Source of the DNA: Plasmodiophora brassicae
Lineage: Eukaryota
Direction of reading: 5' to 3'
NCBI GenBank assembly: GCA_036867785.1
Contig: CP145409.1
Coordinates: 1,860,001 to 1,924,000, forward strand
Length of the DNA: 64,000 nt
A model generated the notes under the pieces. The model saw only the letters and a list, made by a program, of their open reading frames with translations. It was not told the origin of the DNA and ran no database searches. Below are positions 50,754 through 63,658 of the stretch, piece after piece. Position numbers and translations under genes: made by a program. The stretch's first letter is position 1, and each line of letters opens with the position of its first letter.

Positions 50754-53700
50754 TTATCGACGGGAGAACAGCCACTCCATGAAGGTCTGCAATTTCTCCT
50801 TGCTGGCGTACCCGTCGGCGTTCAGGCGCGTCATGACGGCGTTCATCAGCGTCGACGTCCCGGACGACGACGTCGGCTCCATCATGGCCTCCAGTTCGGG
50901 CACGTGGTACGACGACCCCAGCAGGCGGACCATGTCGATGGACGCGTTGCGCACGGCGACGTCGTCGTCGTCCCACATGGACAGGATTAGGTGGAGCGCG
51001 CGTTCCCGGCCGACGGTAGCGTGCACCGGCAGGCGGGGCAGGATGCTGGCCAGCGCCGCGCACAGGTCCGCCTTGCTTCGGCGCAGGCGGTTCGCCTGCG
51101 CGTCGCTCTGCAGCGACCCGATCAGCTGCTCGGCCAGCCGTTCGTACAGCAGCGACAGGTCGACCGTGTCGTCGTCGTCACGCGCCCTGCACCCGGTGTG
51201 TTTGTGTCACACGCCTGACGGTGGGGAGGTGGCGCGCGCGCGCGCGAACCCCACCCACCTGACGACTTGGGTGATGCAATCGCGGGCGACCTTGCGCACG
51301 ACCTCGTGCTCGTCGCCCAGGATGCCGATCAGGAACTCGACGCCCGACGCGAACCGCTCCGGGTCGCCCACCTTCAGGTACGCGTACATCCGGCCGAACC
51401 CTTTCACCATCTCCAGGGTCAGCGTCGTCAGCGTCGCCAGCAGCCTGTTGTCCGCCTCGATGCGCGCCTGCCCCCGTGCGTCACACGACGCGCACCCGGC
51501 ACGCACACACGCACACACACGTACCTGTTCATCCTGGGCGGCGCGAATCATGGCGGCGCGTTTCTGCGGGTCGCCGGCCGCCTCGACCTGTGCGGCGGCG
51601 CGCGCGGCGGCGCGCTCCTCGTCCGCGGGCGTCGTGACGATCGGCGCGAGCTGTTGGTCGACGGCGGCGATGATGGCGGCGCGCAGGGCGGCGCAGCGCG
51701 TGCGCGTGTCCGTGCACAGGGTGCGCAGGCGCGCGATCGGCGCGTCCGTGCCGTCGTCCAGGTGGGCGAACGACGCGATCAGGTTGACGAGGACGCCCAT
51801 CGTGTGCGCCTTCGTCTTGAGATCGGCGCGCGTGACGCCCGGCGCCTCCATCGCCGCCAGCAGCTTGTCGAGCAGGACGCGGGCGCTGTCGGCGTTCGAC
51901 GCGATCGTCGCCGACAGCATCGTCTGCAGCTGGTCGGGCGTCATCGCCGCGATCAGGTCGTCGCCGAGCGCGACCCCGCCCGGGTCGTCGTGCGCGTCGC
52001 CCCCGGCCAGCTCCTGCCGCATCGTCGCCGCCGCCAGCGACAGCGACGACCGCGTCGACTCGCGGCGCAGGCGCGCCCGGTGCCCGTCGCGCGCCATCGC
52101 CATGCCCGTCGGCGACGACGGCCGTCGCGTCGCGCTGCTCGTCGCCGACGCCCGCGCTGGCGTCGACATCGCCGCCCCCGCTGGCTCGGACGACGACAAC
52201 GACGACAACGCGCCGGCGGGCGCCGCCCCGTCCGCACCCGGTGCACCGTCGGCGGGCGCGTTGCCCAGCGGTTCGCCCGGCGACGCCGACTGGACCGGGT
52301 GCGGCGCCTGGCCCGCGCCGGCGAACGCCGCCTTCAGGGCGGTCGCCGCGTCGACCGTGGACAGGTCGGGCGGGCGGGCGCCGACGGCCCCGTCGTCGCG
52401 CTCGACGGGGCCGTCCTCGTCGCCGTCCTCGTCGACGGTCGCGATCCCCGTCTTGCTGCCGTCGTTGTCGTCGTCGACCCTGCCGAGGCGGAAGGCCTCG
52501 TCGGGCGCGTTCGTCGCCACGCTGTCCTCCTGGCCGTGCGCGTCGTCGACGATCAGGTTGTCGACGTTGTAGATCAGCGACGAGTGGTACCGGGCGGCGA
52601 TGGACGAGTACCGCTCCGACGCCAGGTACCTGGCGTTCAGCGGGTCGGCGTCGGCGATCGACATCGGGGCGGGCAGGTCGCCGTCGTCGTCGTCGTCGAT
52701 CCCCGACGCGCTGTCGCTCCTGTACGCGCCCGCGACGAGGTCGCCGCCGGACGAGGACACGACGGCGGCGGCCGCCCTCGAGTAGTCGAACGCGCGCAGG
52801 ACCGACGTGCGCATGCGGAAGGCCAGCGATTGCGACAGGCGCTGGCGTGCGACCCGCATCGACGTCTTACGGTCGCCGGCCAGGTCGCCGCCCGCCGCCG
52901 CGTCGTCGCGCCTGGCGGCCCCTTCCAGGATCGGGGTCAGCGACGCGCGGATCGCCTCGCCCAGCGCGCCGTTGACGACCATCCGGACGGCGCGGCGGCG
53001 CACGCCAACGTCGGTGTCGGCGAGCAGGGCGACGACGTGCCCGAGGACCGCCTGCGGGTCCTGGTTCTCGGACAGCAGCGCCAGCAGCGTCAGGCGGCGC
53101 TGCTGGTCGACGGGGTCGACGGCGACGCCCGCCGACCCGTCCAGCCGGTCCTGCAGGGCGCGCAGGACCGGGTCGCCCAGCGCCATCGCCCGCAGCATCG
53201 GCCGGGCGGCCGCCACGATGTAGTCGTGGAACTCGGCGTCGTCGATGTCGTCGATCAGGTCGACGAGCTGCTGGACGACCGGGGAGCCCTACGTCGCGGT
53301 GGGTGGGCGTGCGTTCACAGGCGCGATGGGCGGCGCGCGTCACGCACCGAGTCGCAGATCGCGCCCAGCAGGACGAGGAGCTCGAGCGCGAGGTGCTTCG
53401 TCTGCCGCGTCGTCGCCTGCTCGGACAGGATCCGCCGCACCTGGTCGACGAGGGCGCGCGCCTGCGCCGCCGCGACGATCTCGGCGAGGTCGTGCAGCGC
53501 GGCGACCGGCACGAGCACGGCGTGCAGGGCGTGGACGAGGCCGTCGTGGGCGCCGGCGCCGGCGCCGGCGCGCCCTACGACGTACTCGACGACGCGGTGC
53601 ACGGCGATGACGGGGGCGGCCTGGGCGAACGTGCCCAGGGCGATGGCGAACCCGGCGAGCCGGTCCGTCGGCAGGGCGGCGATCTGGCGGTCCAGCTCGG

Positions 53701-56700
53701 CGCACAGGCGATCGGCGAGCGCCTCGCGCGACTCGTCGCTGATCCTGCCGGCCAGCTCGCTGACGACGACGGCGGCGCTGGCCGCGAACCCGGTCGGCGA
53801 CGACAGGAACCGGAGCAGGCGGTCGGCCGTGTGCTCGGCCTCGGCGCCGACGTCGCCGACGACGCGCTCGTTGCCGATCAGCGCCCGCACCTGGTCGACG
53901 AACGCGCGGTTGATCGGCGGCGGGTTCATGACCGCGTCGGCGTGCGCCTCGTAGTCGTCGTCGGCGTCGTCGTCGCGGGACGCCCCCCTGTCGGCGGGGG
54001 CGCCCAGGTCGAACGCGTCGTGGCACGCGAACGACAGGGCGGTCGGCGGCGGCGCCGTCGCCTCCAGCGCCAGCGACGACGCCGGCGCGCGCATGCTCTG
54101 CACGAGGTGGACGGTGGGCGACGACGGCAGCGACAGCGTCTTGGCCTGGATGCCGCGGCGCACCTCGACGCGCACGTCGATGTCGCTGTCGGCCAGCAAC
54201 GGCAGCACCTGCCACAGGGCGGACGCCATCGAGGCGCGCACGTCGCTCGGCATGTCGGCGGCGGCGACGTCGGCGATGCCGAACACGGCGGACGTGGCGT
54301 CGCGCCTGAACTCGTAGTTCGGGTGGCACAGGAACGGCGTCAGGTCGGCGAGGAACTTGGGCACCATCGCCAGCGACGCCGGCGTGCCGCACGACCCCAT
54401 CGCCCTGATCGACACGCGCCCGACCAGGTGCCGCTGCGCCTTGGTCAGGTTCGCCATCAGCGGGTCGCCCGGGTCCGCCCCCGCCGCCAGCAACGGCTCA
54501 ATGTCGCCTGCGACGACACACCGCGCCCCATATATGAGCGGGCGCCCTAATAACAGCGTGCAGGCGCGCGTCGTCCGTTACCCATGAGGAACTCAAAGTA
54601 GGCGGTCGCGTCGTACACGTTCGCCGGCAGGGTTGCCGCGCATCGCGCCACGACCACGTAGAGGCGGTCGGCGCCCGCCGACGACGTCGTCAGCATCTGG
54701 CGCGTCGCGTTCCGCAGGTGGTCCAGGTTCGCCGCCAGCACCGCGGTCGCCTCGTTCCTGTTCGCCGCCGTCGGGTTCGCCAGGTGGTCCAGCAGGAGCG
54801 TCTCGATGAGGCGGACGATGGCCTTGGGCGGCAGGGCACCCGGCGCCGGGCGCCCCTTGGCGTTCGCCAGGGCGCGTTCGCCGAGCATGTCCGTCAGGGT
54901 GCCGAGCAGGCGCGTCGTCAGCCAGACGTTCAGCCTCGGGATGTGCCGGCGCGCCAGGCCGTCCAGGATCGCCAGCGCGCTGTCCTGGACGAACGCAGCG
55001 GCGCCGTCGATCAGCGCGTCGACGGCGTCGGCGATGGCCGCGTCGGCAATGTCGCGCAGGAGGCGCGCGCCCAGGAAGCAGACCTTGATGGCGGTGTCGA
55101 CGGCGGCGGCGCGCACGACCCGATTGTTCGAGGCCAGCAGCGGGCGCAGGGCGCGCTCGACGGGGACGTCCGCCGTGCCGATCCGGATCGGGACCCGCAG
55201 GCGGCTGAACAGGAGGACGTACCAGTTGGGCAGGTGCGTCCAGACGTCGGCCCGCATCGTCACCGAGTCCGTCGCCATCGCGAACAGGCGCGCCCGGACG
55301 AGGTCGGCGATGCCGCCCGCGACCAGGTGCCCGATGACGCCGAACAGCGGCTCGGGATCCGCCCAGGTCGTCATCGCCGACACGATCTGGTTGTAGGCGC
55401 CCAGGCGCACGTGCAGGTCCGGGTGCCGGATCAGGCCCGCCGACTTCAACAGGAGCGCGTGGAACGCGCTCGTGCTGGCCGCCGACTTCCATTGCGGCCC
55501 CGACGACACGTCCAGGAACCCGCGCAGGCTGGCGAACGCGGCGACCGGGTCGACGTCGCCGATCCCGACGACCAGGATGGCCAGCGCCGCACACGCGAGG
55601 TCGTTCGACGTCCAGAACCGCCGGCAGCTGGCCAGGACGGTGTACACCGCCTGGCGCAACGTCGACGACGTCGGGGCGAACGCCTTCGGCGCGAGATGGT
55701 CGACCAGGAGGCGGTGCAGGCGCGCCACCGGCAGCTCGTGCAGCGGGAACATGGACAGCACCTCCAGCGCGAGCAGGACGCACGCGTCGTCGTCGGAGCA
55801 CAGCAGCTGCCTGAAGTACGTCTCCGACGACCTCAGCAGCGACTTGGACATGGTCGGCAGGGCGCGCTTCAACGCGCGAAAGATGGCCAGGACCGCCGCC
55901 TGCGCGCGCGTGTTGCCTGACGCGCCCAGGTCAGCGAACCGGCGCGCGTGTGTGTACCGTGCGTGTGTACGTGCGTACCCGTTTGCAGCATGGGCAGGAG
56001 CTGCTGGATGAGGTTGGCGTCGAGCTCGGTGGCGCGTGACGCCCAGTGCCGTACGAGGTCGAGGTTGTCGAGCTGGGCGGCGAGCGGCATGCACCGCGTG
56101 CTGCCGAGGAGGGCGGTCAGCTGGCGCGGCAGGATGTTCGCGCCGTACATGACGGCCTCGGCGACGACGTCGGAGAGCGTGACCGGGCGGCTGTGATGCT
56201 GGTGGTGCCGCTGCTCGAACGAGTGCAGCAGGTCGACGAGCGAGTGGAGCTTGCGGCACGTGGCGATCTGCATGAGGATGTGCAGGTGCAGGTTGCGGGT
56301 CACGAGGTGCACGTCGCAGCAGCGGTTGACAACGATCGGGTACAGGTCCGGGACGCGGTCGACGAGCTCGGGCGCGGCGTCCAACGTGGCGCTGACCATG
56401 ATGGCCGCCCCGTACCGGACCAGCGTCGGCGATAGCGCCGTCATAACCACCATGACGTTCTCGATGAACCTGACGGTCTCGGGCGGGGGTGCGCCGCCCG
56501 GGTTCGCCGCCATCGCCGCCGACGTCAGCGTGCGGGTCGCCACGGCCACCTGGTCGTAATGCGCCTCACAGCGCCCCGTCAACAGCTTCACGAGCGCCGT
56601 GTACGCGTCAGCGACCGTGGCCCCGCCGTGACGTCGTCGCCCAGGCGAGCGCTCGCCGTCGCCTTCGCGTTCGGCGACGAGTTCGTCGGGCGGCCGGCGC

Positions 56701-57662
56701 GTGATCTCGGCGATGATGTTGGAGATGGCGGTGCGGGCGGCGGCCGCTTCCGTGCTGCTGATCGTCGGGATCGCCAGCAGCTTCGTGATGATGTCGATCG
56801 TCAGCGACGCCGATCGCGAGCAGTAATGGCTGGCCAACAGGTCCAGCGATGCGATGATGGCGACACGCGTCCCCGTCACCTGCCATCGCGACGCATTGTC
56901 GTCGTCGAGGTCGAGCAGGAACACGATGTTCCAGACGGACGATACTGTACGACGACGGTTAGGGCGAGGTTGAATGCATGCCACGTTGCTTACGGTTGTC
57001 CTGGACGACCAGCAGGTCGCTGTTGCAGTGGACGAGCGTGGTGACGCAGACGACGGCAACGTCGCGTACGTTGTGATCGGCGTGCATGTACAGGGATTCC
57101 AGGCCGGTGACGAACCCGATCAGCATGGGCGCCAGCGCCCGATGGACCAGCGTGATCAGCGTCTGGATCGTGTACGATCGTCCTACGCCATGCGGTCAGA
57201 TGCCATCGGGGCGACGTCCACCTGAAGAGACTGTGGCTGACCGCCCGGTTTGACGACCTGTTCGTAGGCGGCCTGGACGGCAAACGTGCGGTCGAAGACG
57301 GCGGCGAGCTTCAGGTAGAGTAACGTGGCGCTGTGGCGGACGGATTGCAGGAAGTGGCCCAGGTTCGGGGCCAGGTCCACAGCGCTGCCCACGACCAGCA
57401 TCTCGAGGACGTCGGACGCACCGGGTCCTGAGCCTGAGTTAGTCACCGGGAGGGATGGCGAAGTGACAGCCGCCGACGAACGTGCCGCCTTCTGTTCGGC
57501 GTTGTCGACGGCCAGGTGCGTGTAGAAGGCGGCAACCTCTTCGAGCCATTCGATCGCGAGAGGTCGCTGCCCGTCGCGCAGCTCGAACTCGGTCAGCGAT
57601 TTGATGTGCTGTTTCACCGGCTGTTGGGGCCCCGGCGACGCCGCGATAGCCTCAGTCGCCAT
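50754..57662 (-). CDS. Very large HEAT/ARM-repeat protein, multi-exon
   Basis: Chain of minus-strand ORFs with HEAT signatures (LADTDVGVRRRA, LADSDIDVRVEV, LGDEHEVVRKVA, WDDDDVAVRNAS); exon structure approximate. Confidence 0.7.
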
Positions 57663-57853
57663 TACGCCGCGTCTATCATCCGACCGTACGGATCGTCGAT
57701 CCAGCAACTCGTTACATGCCCGTTGAGCTCGGTGTCGTGGCACTCGTCTGCGACAGACATGCCGAAGGGCAACCGACCGCCTATTCCGTGTTCGGTAAAT
57801 TGCCGGTCCAGGAAACGGCATCACACTGCTCTACACATAGTTTACGAGCGATC

Positions 57854-60586
57854 TTAGCGCGAAGGTGCACGCGATTTGTAGAACTTGGCCAGGCTGGCGT
57901 ACGCCTCGCCGAACGTCTTCGGGGTGGCGGTTCGCGATCGGATCCATTGTGGAAATTGTTCGATGATGGTGGGACGCGCGTACCTCTCATCCAGGAGGAC
58001 AATACCGGAATAGTCCCCACGGTGGCGAATCGCCCGGCCAATGCTCTATCCACAGCTCAACGTGACGCCATTGTCACGGTCAGCTCGAGCACAAACCTGG
58101 TTAACGGCACGCATGCACAAAGTCTCGAAGTATCGCTCGCCGGCACCCTTCCCGTGTGCCTGATCCATATACGCCATACGCTCGCGAAGCTCGGCATCAT
58201 TCGGATTCGCATACGGCATGCCGACGACCACGACAAGCTACGACGATCAGGTCAGCAACGTGCACTGCCCAGCATTGCGCGAGGAGATGCAGGGCACGTA
58301 CACGAGCGAGGTCGTCCGAGAAGTTGATGCCTTCGGACATCTTCCCACCAACAACGCAGGACAGCATAGCACCGCCAGCTCGCGCAACTGCCTCGCTGAA
58401 CCTGGTCAACGTCGAACCGACATCGGCAGCGTCCCGAGGTTCCCGATGGACTGACTTGCGGGAGCGGATTCGTTGGAGGAAGCCGTTCGAGTCCAGGAAT
58501 TTGAAGACAGCGTCCTCGTAGGCGTACGATGAGAAGAAGCAGACAAGGCCAGCCGGGGCGATCGAGCATAAATTCACCAGCGTACGTCCCAGCTCCATCA
58601 GCGTATCCAGTTGCGATCGTGATGTAAATCTGAAGTTCAGCGAGCGACCAGTGGGGCCCGTGCCAATGACGATCGCGGCGACGTTGTCAGGGGCAACGAC
58701 ATGGCCGCACGAGAACGTATGCACCGACCGCCCAGGGAACAGCTGATCCACGTAGAACGAGTACGGGCGCATCGTGCCACCTGCCAGGATGACAGCACGG
58801 GCGTCCTTCACAACGGCAGAAAACGACGATGACGGGTTCAGGTTCAGGTAACGCAGCGACGATGTGGATGGCATAATGACAACGCGTCCATCGTCGTTCG
58901 CATTCGTCAACGAGAAGAAGAACGACTTGAAGGCGGCCAGTGCCGTGAATGAGGAATCCGCGCCTTTACCAGCGTCCTCCATATTCTTGTCCATGAACCC
59001 GATCAGCTTGCGAACGATACCGCTCGCGTCCATCCATGCCGACGTATCCCACAGGTTCTGATTATCGATGCCGACGTCGAAGATGAAATCATTGACTGTG
59101 GCAACGTGAGTCGCTTTTGATGGATCGATCCTTTGTAAATTCGTGACGCTTAGTAAGTAGATCCCTGGCGCAATACATTTGCAACGTACCGTTTCAAGAA
59201 ACGTGCCAGAGACTTCGCGATGAACAAGACGCGCTTGACGTACATCGCGTTCGACGGCTTTAATCGCGATGCGTACCGTTTCAGGTACGCCTCCAGCGCC
59301 GCCTGGCAGCGTTCCACTCCCTGGCACGTCAGTGACACGCTGTTCATTTCATTGATTGCTTCGACCAAGTTGTGCGCCTACACAAAGTCAGCGTTTCTCG
59401 TAATACACGTCCAACGGGGGGCGGCATGTACCTCGTCAATGATGACAATGTTGCCCTTGATGTTGACGCCAAGGGTCTCGCGCGTCGTTTCGCTCAGCAG
59501 AGAGGGATATGGGACCACCAGCAGTTGTGCTGTTCGGGCGGCACGACGCGCCCCAAAGTAAGCACACGCTTTCAGCTGAGCTCCCTTCTTGAACAGGTCC
59601 TCCAAATCGGACGGGTGCTCCAAGGCGAACGATGCCATTAGACGTTGCAACGACGGCGAAAGGAATTCGCACCCCTGTTTCCCTTCGCTGCTCGTCTTCG
59701 ACCCGATCAGCTCAATACACCGATCGTTGATGGACGAAGGCGGGAGCGAGCGAACGCCCGGGTTCGTGCACAGGTGCTGACGCGACGACAATGGCACGCA
59801 CGAGCACCTGCTGCCGAACGGGCTCCTCACGAACTCGTGCAGAAACTGACGCGTCTGAGAACTATTGCGATGTGTCAAACCACAGGAACGTCAACGACAG
59901 CAGCGATAAGCGTACTGCGTCCGCGTCGCGTAGATGATCTGTACCGGCTGGACACGTGAACGTCAGATCGCGACGACACAGCGCGCAGGGATCCCGCGGG
60001 CATACCTTGTCATCTTCATCGATATCGCTGTCATCGTCCGGCTCGCTGCCAGAGTCAGCCAACCTTGATTTCCATTGCTCTGCACTACAGAGCTGGTCGG
60101 TGGATGGTTCCCAGTCGGCCAGGAACTCGTCATCGGGATCGGCTGCGCCTCCCGACGCGACCTGAACCACAATGTCAGAGAGCAGCACCAACGTCACCAT
60201 ATCTGTACGACCTTCTTTCTGCTGTCATTCCTACGCTTGTTCCTCGTATTGGCGCGTTCGATTCGTCGTCGGCGTTTCAGCTTACGCGCCGCTTCGGCCT
60301 GGGCAGCGTGTTCTTGCTCCTGAGCTGATTGTGCGGCAGAGAACTCCTTCACCCAGTCGGGGCAGTCGGCGATGGCCGACGACGTCGTCTGGGCCGCGTC
60401 CTTCGCCTTCACGGTTGTCGACGTCGTCAACCAATGCAGGGCGGCGCAGATAATGCTCATCGACTTGCCCGTGCCGGTCGGCGATTCGAACATGGCCAGG
60501 CGGCCCGTCTCGAGGCAGTCGAACAGCTCCGACATGAACTGCCGCTGGACGTCATACGGCTCGAACGGGAACGGTATCTCCCGCAT
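57854..60586 (-). CDS. DDX11: Fe-S XPD-family DNA helicase Chl1/DDX11, multi-exon
   Basis: [64 protein letters not shown]. Confidence 0.93.
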
Positions 60587-60832
60587 TCGCGGACGCCGTC
60601 GTCTTCGTCGTCGTCAACTCCGTGGCGACGTCTGCAGCTCCCACGGGGCCGCCGCTGGCACGTCACGACGTCGTCATGCGACATGGGCCTGTCGTTGTAT
60701 TGGCAGTGGCCGGCTTGTCGCTGCCGCCCTGTGGCGCAGCCGCTGCGGGCGCAATATCCGAGCCTGGCACTGGAACGAGCGGCTGCGGCAGGCGTTGGGC
60801 GCGATGGGTTGCCCCCAGGTCCCAGTGTGACG

Positions 60833-61286
60833 ATGGGTGTCAAGATCACGGTTGATGGCAACGGCGTCCATATTCACCTGTCTGTGCTGCAGAAGGTGAT
60901 CGCTGTGCAGGGTGACATACGCATTCCTCTGGGCAACATCAAGCTGCCCGTTCGGGTTCATCCCGACGAATGCAACCAATTCTTCAAAGGCCTAAAGGCA
61001 ACCGAATATGACTCGTACGGCGATTCTGCTGTTCTAACAGGAGCGATGCATCCAGGTTGGCGCCGACATTCCAGGAGTATTCACTGCCGCGAACTATTAC
61101 CATCTCGACGGGACGCACGACTTCTACTACTTTGCCGACGCGTCCCGCACGATCGGCCTGGACATCATCAACGACCCGCGGCGTAAAGTCGTCATCGTCC
61201 AGGTGGAAGATGGCACATCCGTCGAAGAGGTCGTCAACGCCATCTCGAATGCTGTTCAGTCCAGCGACGACCATAAAACAAACTGA
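60833..61286 (+). CDS. Small bacterial-like (PH-fold-like) protein, 2 exons
   Basis: MGVKITVDGNGVHIHLSVLQKVIAVQGDIRIPLGNI..FKGLK|VGADIPGV; the frame is restored by a GC-AG intron 60998-61055. Confidence 0.6.
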
Positions 61287-61365
61287 CCCCGATACTCCAC
61301 ATTCCATACATATGGTGTGCTGGCTGGGCTTCAGCGAATTGTGCTCAACGCATCTTGTCCGGACG

Positions 61366-61497
61366 TAGCAGTAGACATTGTCAACGACCCCGACCACAAC
61401 CTCGTCGCCGTCCAGGTCGAAGACGGCAAATCCGTTCACGAGGTCGCCAACGCTATTACGGACACCGTCCTCGCCAGCAACGATCGCAAATCGAACC
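61366..61497 (+). repeat. Diverged tandem copy of the C-terminal about 44 codons of the upstream small gene (61154-61283)
   Basis: VAVDIVNDPDHNLVAVQVEDGKSVHEVANAITDTVLASNDRKSN versus IGLDIINDPRRKVVIVQVEDGTSVEEVVNAISNAVQSSDDHKTN. Confidence 0.8.
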
Positions 61498-61576
61498 AAA
61501 CCAGAACGTCCGTTGGAGCTACACCCGCCTGCCACGGAGTGCGCTCAGCAGTCAGCAGCTCCTACAGCCCCTCACA

Positions 61577-62953
61577 ATGCTGAGCAAGGTCGGGACGTTG
61601 CTCACGGTCATGTCGGTGGCATCCTACATGCAGGACTGGCATAACCTCGATCACGTTGAGCCGGCAAGCGTGCGCATCTGTGAGACGGAGGCGGATGTGA
61701 TCAACGCCGTTCGTTCGTCGGATGGCCCGATTGCGGTCCGCGCGACTGGACACGGGCAGGGGTCCACTCTGGTTCCCGATGGCCTTGTAATCGACGTCAA
61801 CGCGCTTCGAGACATCATCAGCATTTCGCCGGATTCCGGGATCGTCGTCGGCGCTGGCTGCTCGTTCCACGATGTGCTCGATGCGCTCCGACCGCTGAAT
61901 CTCACGACGGTCACCCAGACGGACTGGCAGGGCCTGTCCGTCGGGGGCATTGTATCAGTCGGCGGACTCGGCCCCGGCCTGTTCCGTCATGGGCTGGTCA
62001 TCGATTCCGTCACCGCACTTCGAATTGTCACCGGCAACGGCGCTGTTCACGATGTCGGCCCAGACGACGACCTGTTCCGAGCGGCGTTAGGCGGCCTGGG
62101 TCAGTTCGGCGTCATCCTTCGCGTTCGGCTTCGCGTTGCACCTCGACCGGCCCGCGCCCGCCTTCATCGCTGCGTCACCACGCTGGACGGGTACCTTCGT
62201 GCCGACTACTCATCGGCGACGCTGCACAACGTGCAGACGTTCCCGCGCCTGAATCAACCCGGGACGTTCGTTAATCTGGAATCCGCATTCGCTGACTTCC
62301 CTCATGATCGATATCCGGACGCCTGGCTCTTCCTACACGAGTACGTCTCGTTCTACAACGATGGTGCGGGCAATGACGGTGCCGGGACAGTGCTCCGGGA
62401 CGAAGACGTTCTCGCCAAGTACGTTCGCGACGTGTCATACGACGAATGGGTGTTCCGCCTCGACGACAAGTTCGGCCGCCGGGCACCGCACGTTGACGAG
62501 ACGCCACTGTATCGGCCGTGGTTCGAGGCGTTCATCGGGGGCCAGGATGCCGTCGAGTTTATCGATCGGGAAGTGCTTCGCAACGTCACCGCCGACGATA
62601 ACCCATCGGGGTCGCTGATGATCACTTACCCAGTATCGTCGATGAGGTCGGTGAACAGCGACTCCATCTCGTTCCCGGATGGGTTCTCGTCGGGTATCTA
62701 CTTCGGATGGCTTCGCGTGACGCCCGACAAAGAGCAAGCGAAGCGGTTCCGACTGCAGGACGATGCCCGGCGCGTGAGGTTCCAGGAGCGATCGCGCGGG
62801 TACCTGAGCAGCGCCATGCCGCGTTCCGTTGAACAATGGCGCCTGTACCTGGGCGAAGACCGTCTCGTGCGTCTGCGTCTCTTGGCTGATCGCCACGACG
62901 CCCGTCATCGGTTCTCCTGGCGAATGTTTAAAGGACAAGACATACGGGACTGA
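61577..62953 (+). CDS. Cytokinin dehydrogenase-like FAD oxidoreductase (VAO/PCMH family), intronless
   Basis: RATGHG, TDWQGLSVGG..FRHG, LFRAALGGLGQFGVI, RPWFEAFI, GSLMITYP, YL..EQWRLYLG; short hydrophobic leader. Confidence 0.8.
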   Translation: MLSKVGTLLTVMSVASYMQDWHNLDHVEPASVRICETEADVINAVRSSDGPIAVRATGHGQGSTLVPDGLVIDVNALRDIISISPDSGIVVGAGCSFHDVLDALRPLNLTTVTQTDWQGLSVGGIVSVGGLGPGLFRHGLVIDSVTALRIVTGNGAVHDVGPDDDLFRAALGGLGQFGVILRVRLRVAPRPARARLHRCVTTLDGYLRADYSSATLHNVQTFPRLNQPGTFVNLESAFADFPHDRYPDAWLFLHEYVSFYNDGAGNDGAGTVLRDEDVLAKYVRDVSYDEWVFRLDDKFGRRAPHVDETPLYRPWFEAFIGGQDAVEFIDREVLRNVTADDNPSGSLMITYPVSSMRSVNSDSISFPDGFSSGIYFGWLRVTPDKEQAKRFRLQDDARRVRFQERSRGYLSSAMPRSVEQWRLYLGEDRLVRLRLLADRHDARHRFSWRMFKGQDIRD

Positions 62954-63658
62954 CGGGATCTCTGCTGGGTCATATTTGAAATAACGAGGGTTCATGGCAA
63001 TACATGGCTATTGTCCTTCGATTACCGCGTCGTCGCAGGCTTGTTGGCTCCCGGCACAGGTCGTCGAGCGTGTACGTCGGAGTGGCAATCGAATTGAACA
63101 GATCCGCAGACGGCGCAGGATGCCTCTGCACAGGTGCTACAGGTTGGGTGAGATCAGCAAAGGGGGTCACTAGGCGGCATTCCTGTGGCCCGCCCGGCTG
63201 CTGAACGTGGCGCGTGCAAAGGCTCGAGTAGCGACTGGGTCCCATTCGGAAGTAATGCCGGCGAAATTGCCAAATTCTTGGACAGCGATGGAGGGCCACT
63301 GGCGGGTGGCTGCCGTCGACGCCCCCGACAATGAAGCAGACAGAACGGAAAATGCGTCTTCGAACGCTGGTTCGATGGGCGCCTGCCGCAGCCCACGATT
63401 ACGTACAGCAGGGGAGTTTAGCGGCACGACCATACCGCTGGGTTGGCCTCGTGCATGGAAGACAGCTATTTGTTGCGTTGCTTATTGTATCTACATACAG
63501 CAGAGCTACCCGTATGATATCTGAACAACGCAGACATGTGGATTAGGGCACACAACTGTTGCATTTATTAGAGGAGCAGGCCGAGGAACCGGGAAAAAAA
63601 GATGGCCTAGCTCATGGGGATTTTCTTTGGACAATAAACGAGGTGGAGGCGAACGCAA

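Noticed and set aside
50779-56259. Long plus-strand and off-frame ORFs (597, 895, 415, 400 aa)
   Set aside because: Arg/Ala-rich shadow frames of the GC-rich HEAT gene; no independent motifs
61355-61576. N-terminal extension of the CKX-like ORF
   Set aside because: Non-ATG start and off-frame reading of the duplicated gene tail
62960-63650. Short ORFs between the CKX-like gene and tubulin
   Set aside because: No coherent gene model or motif
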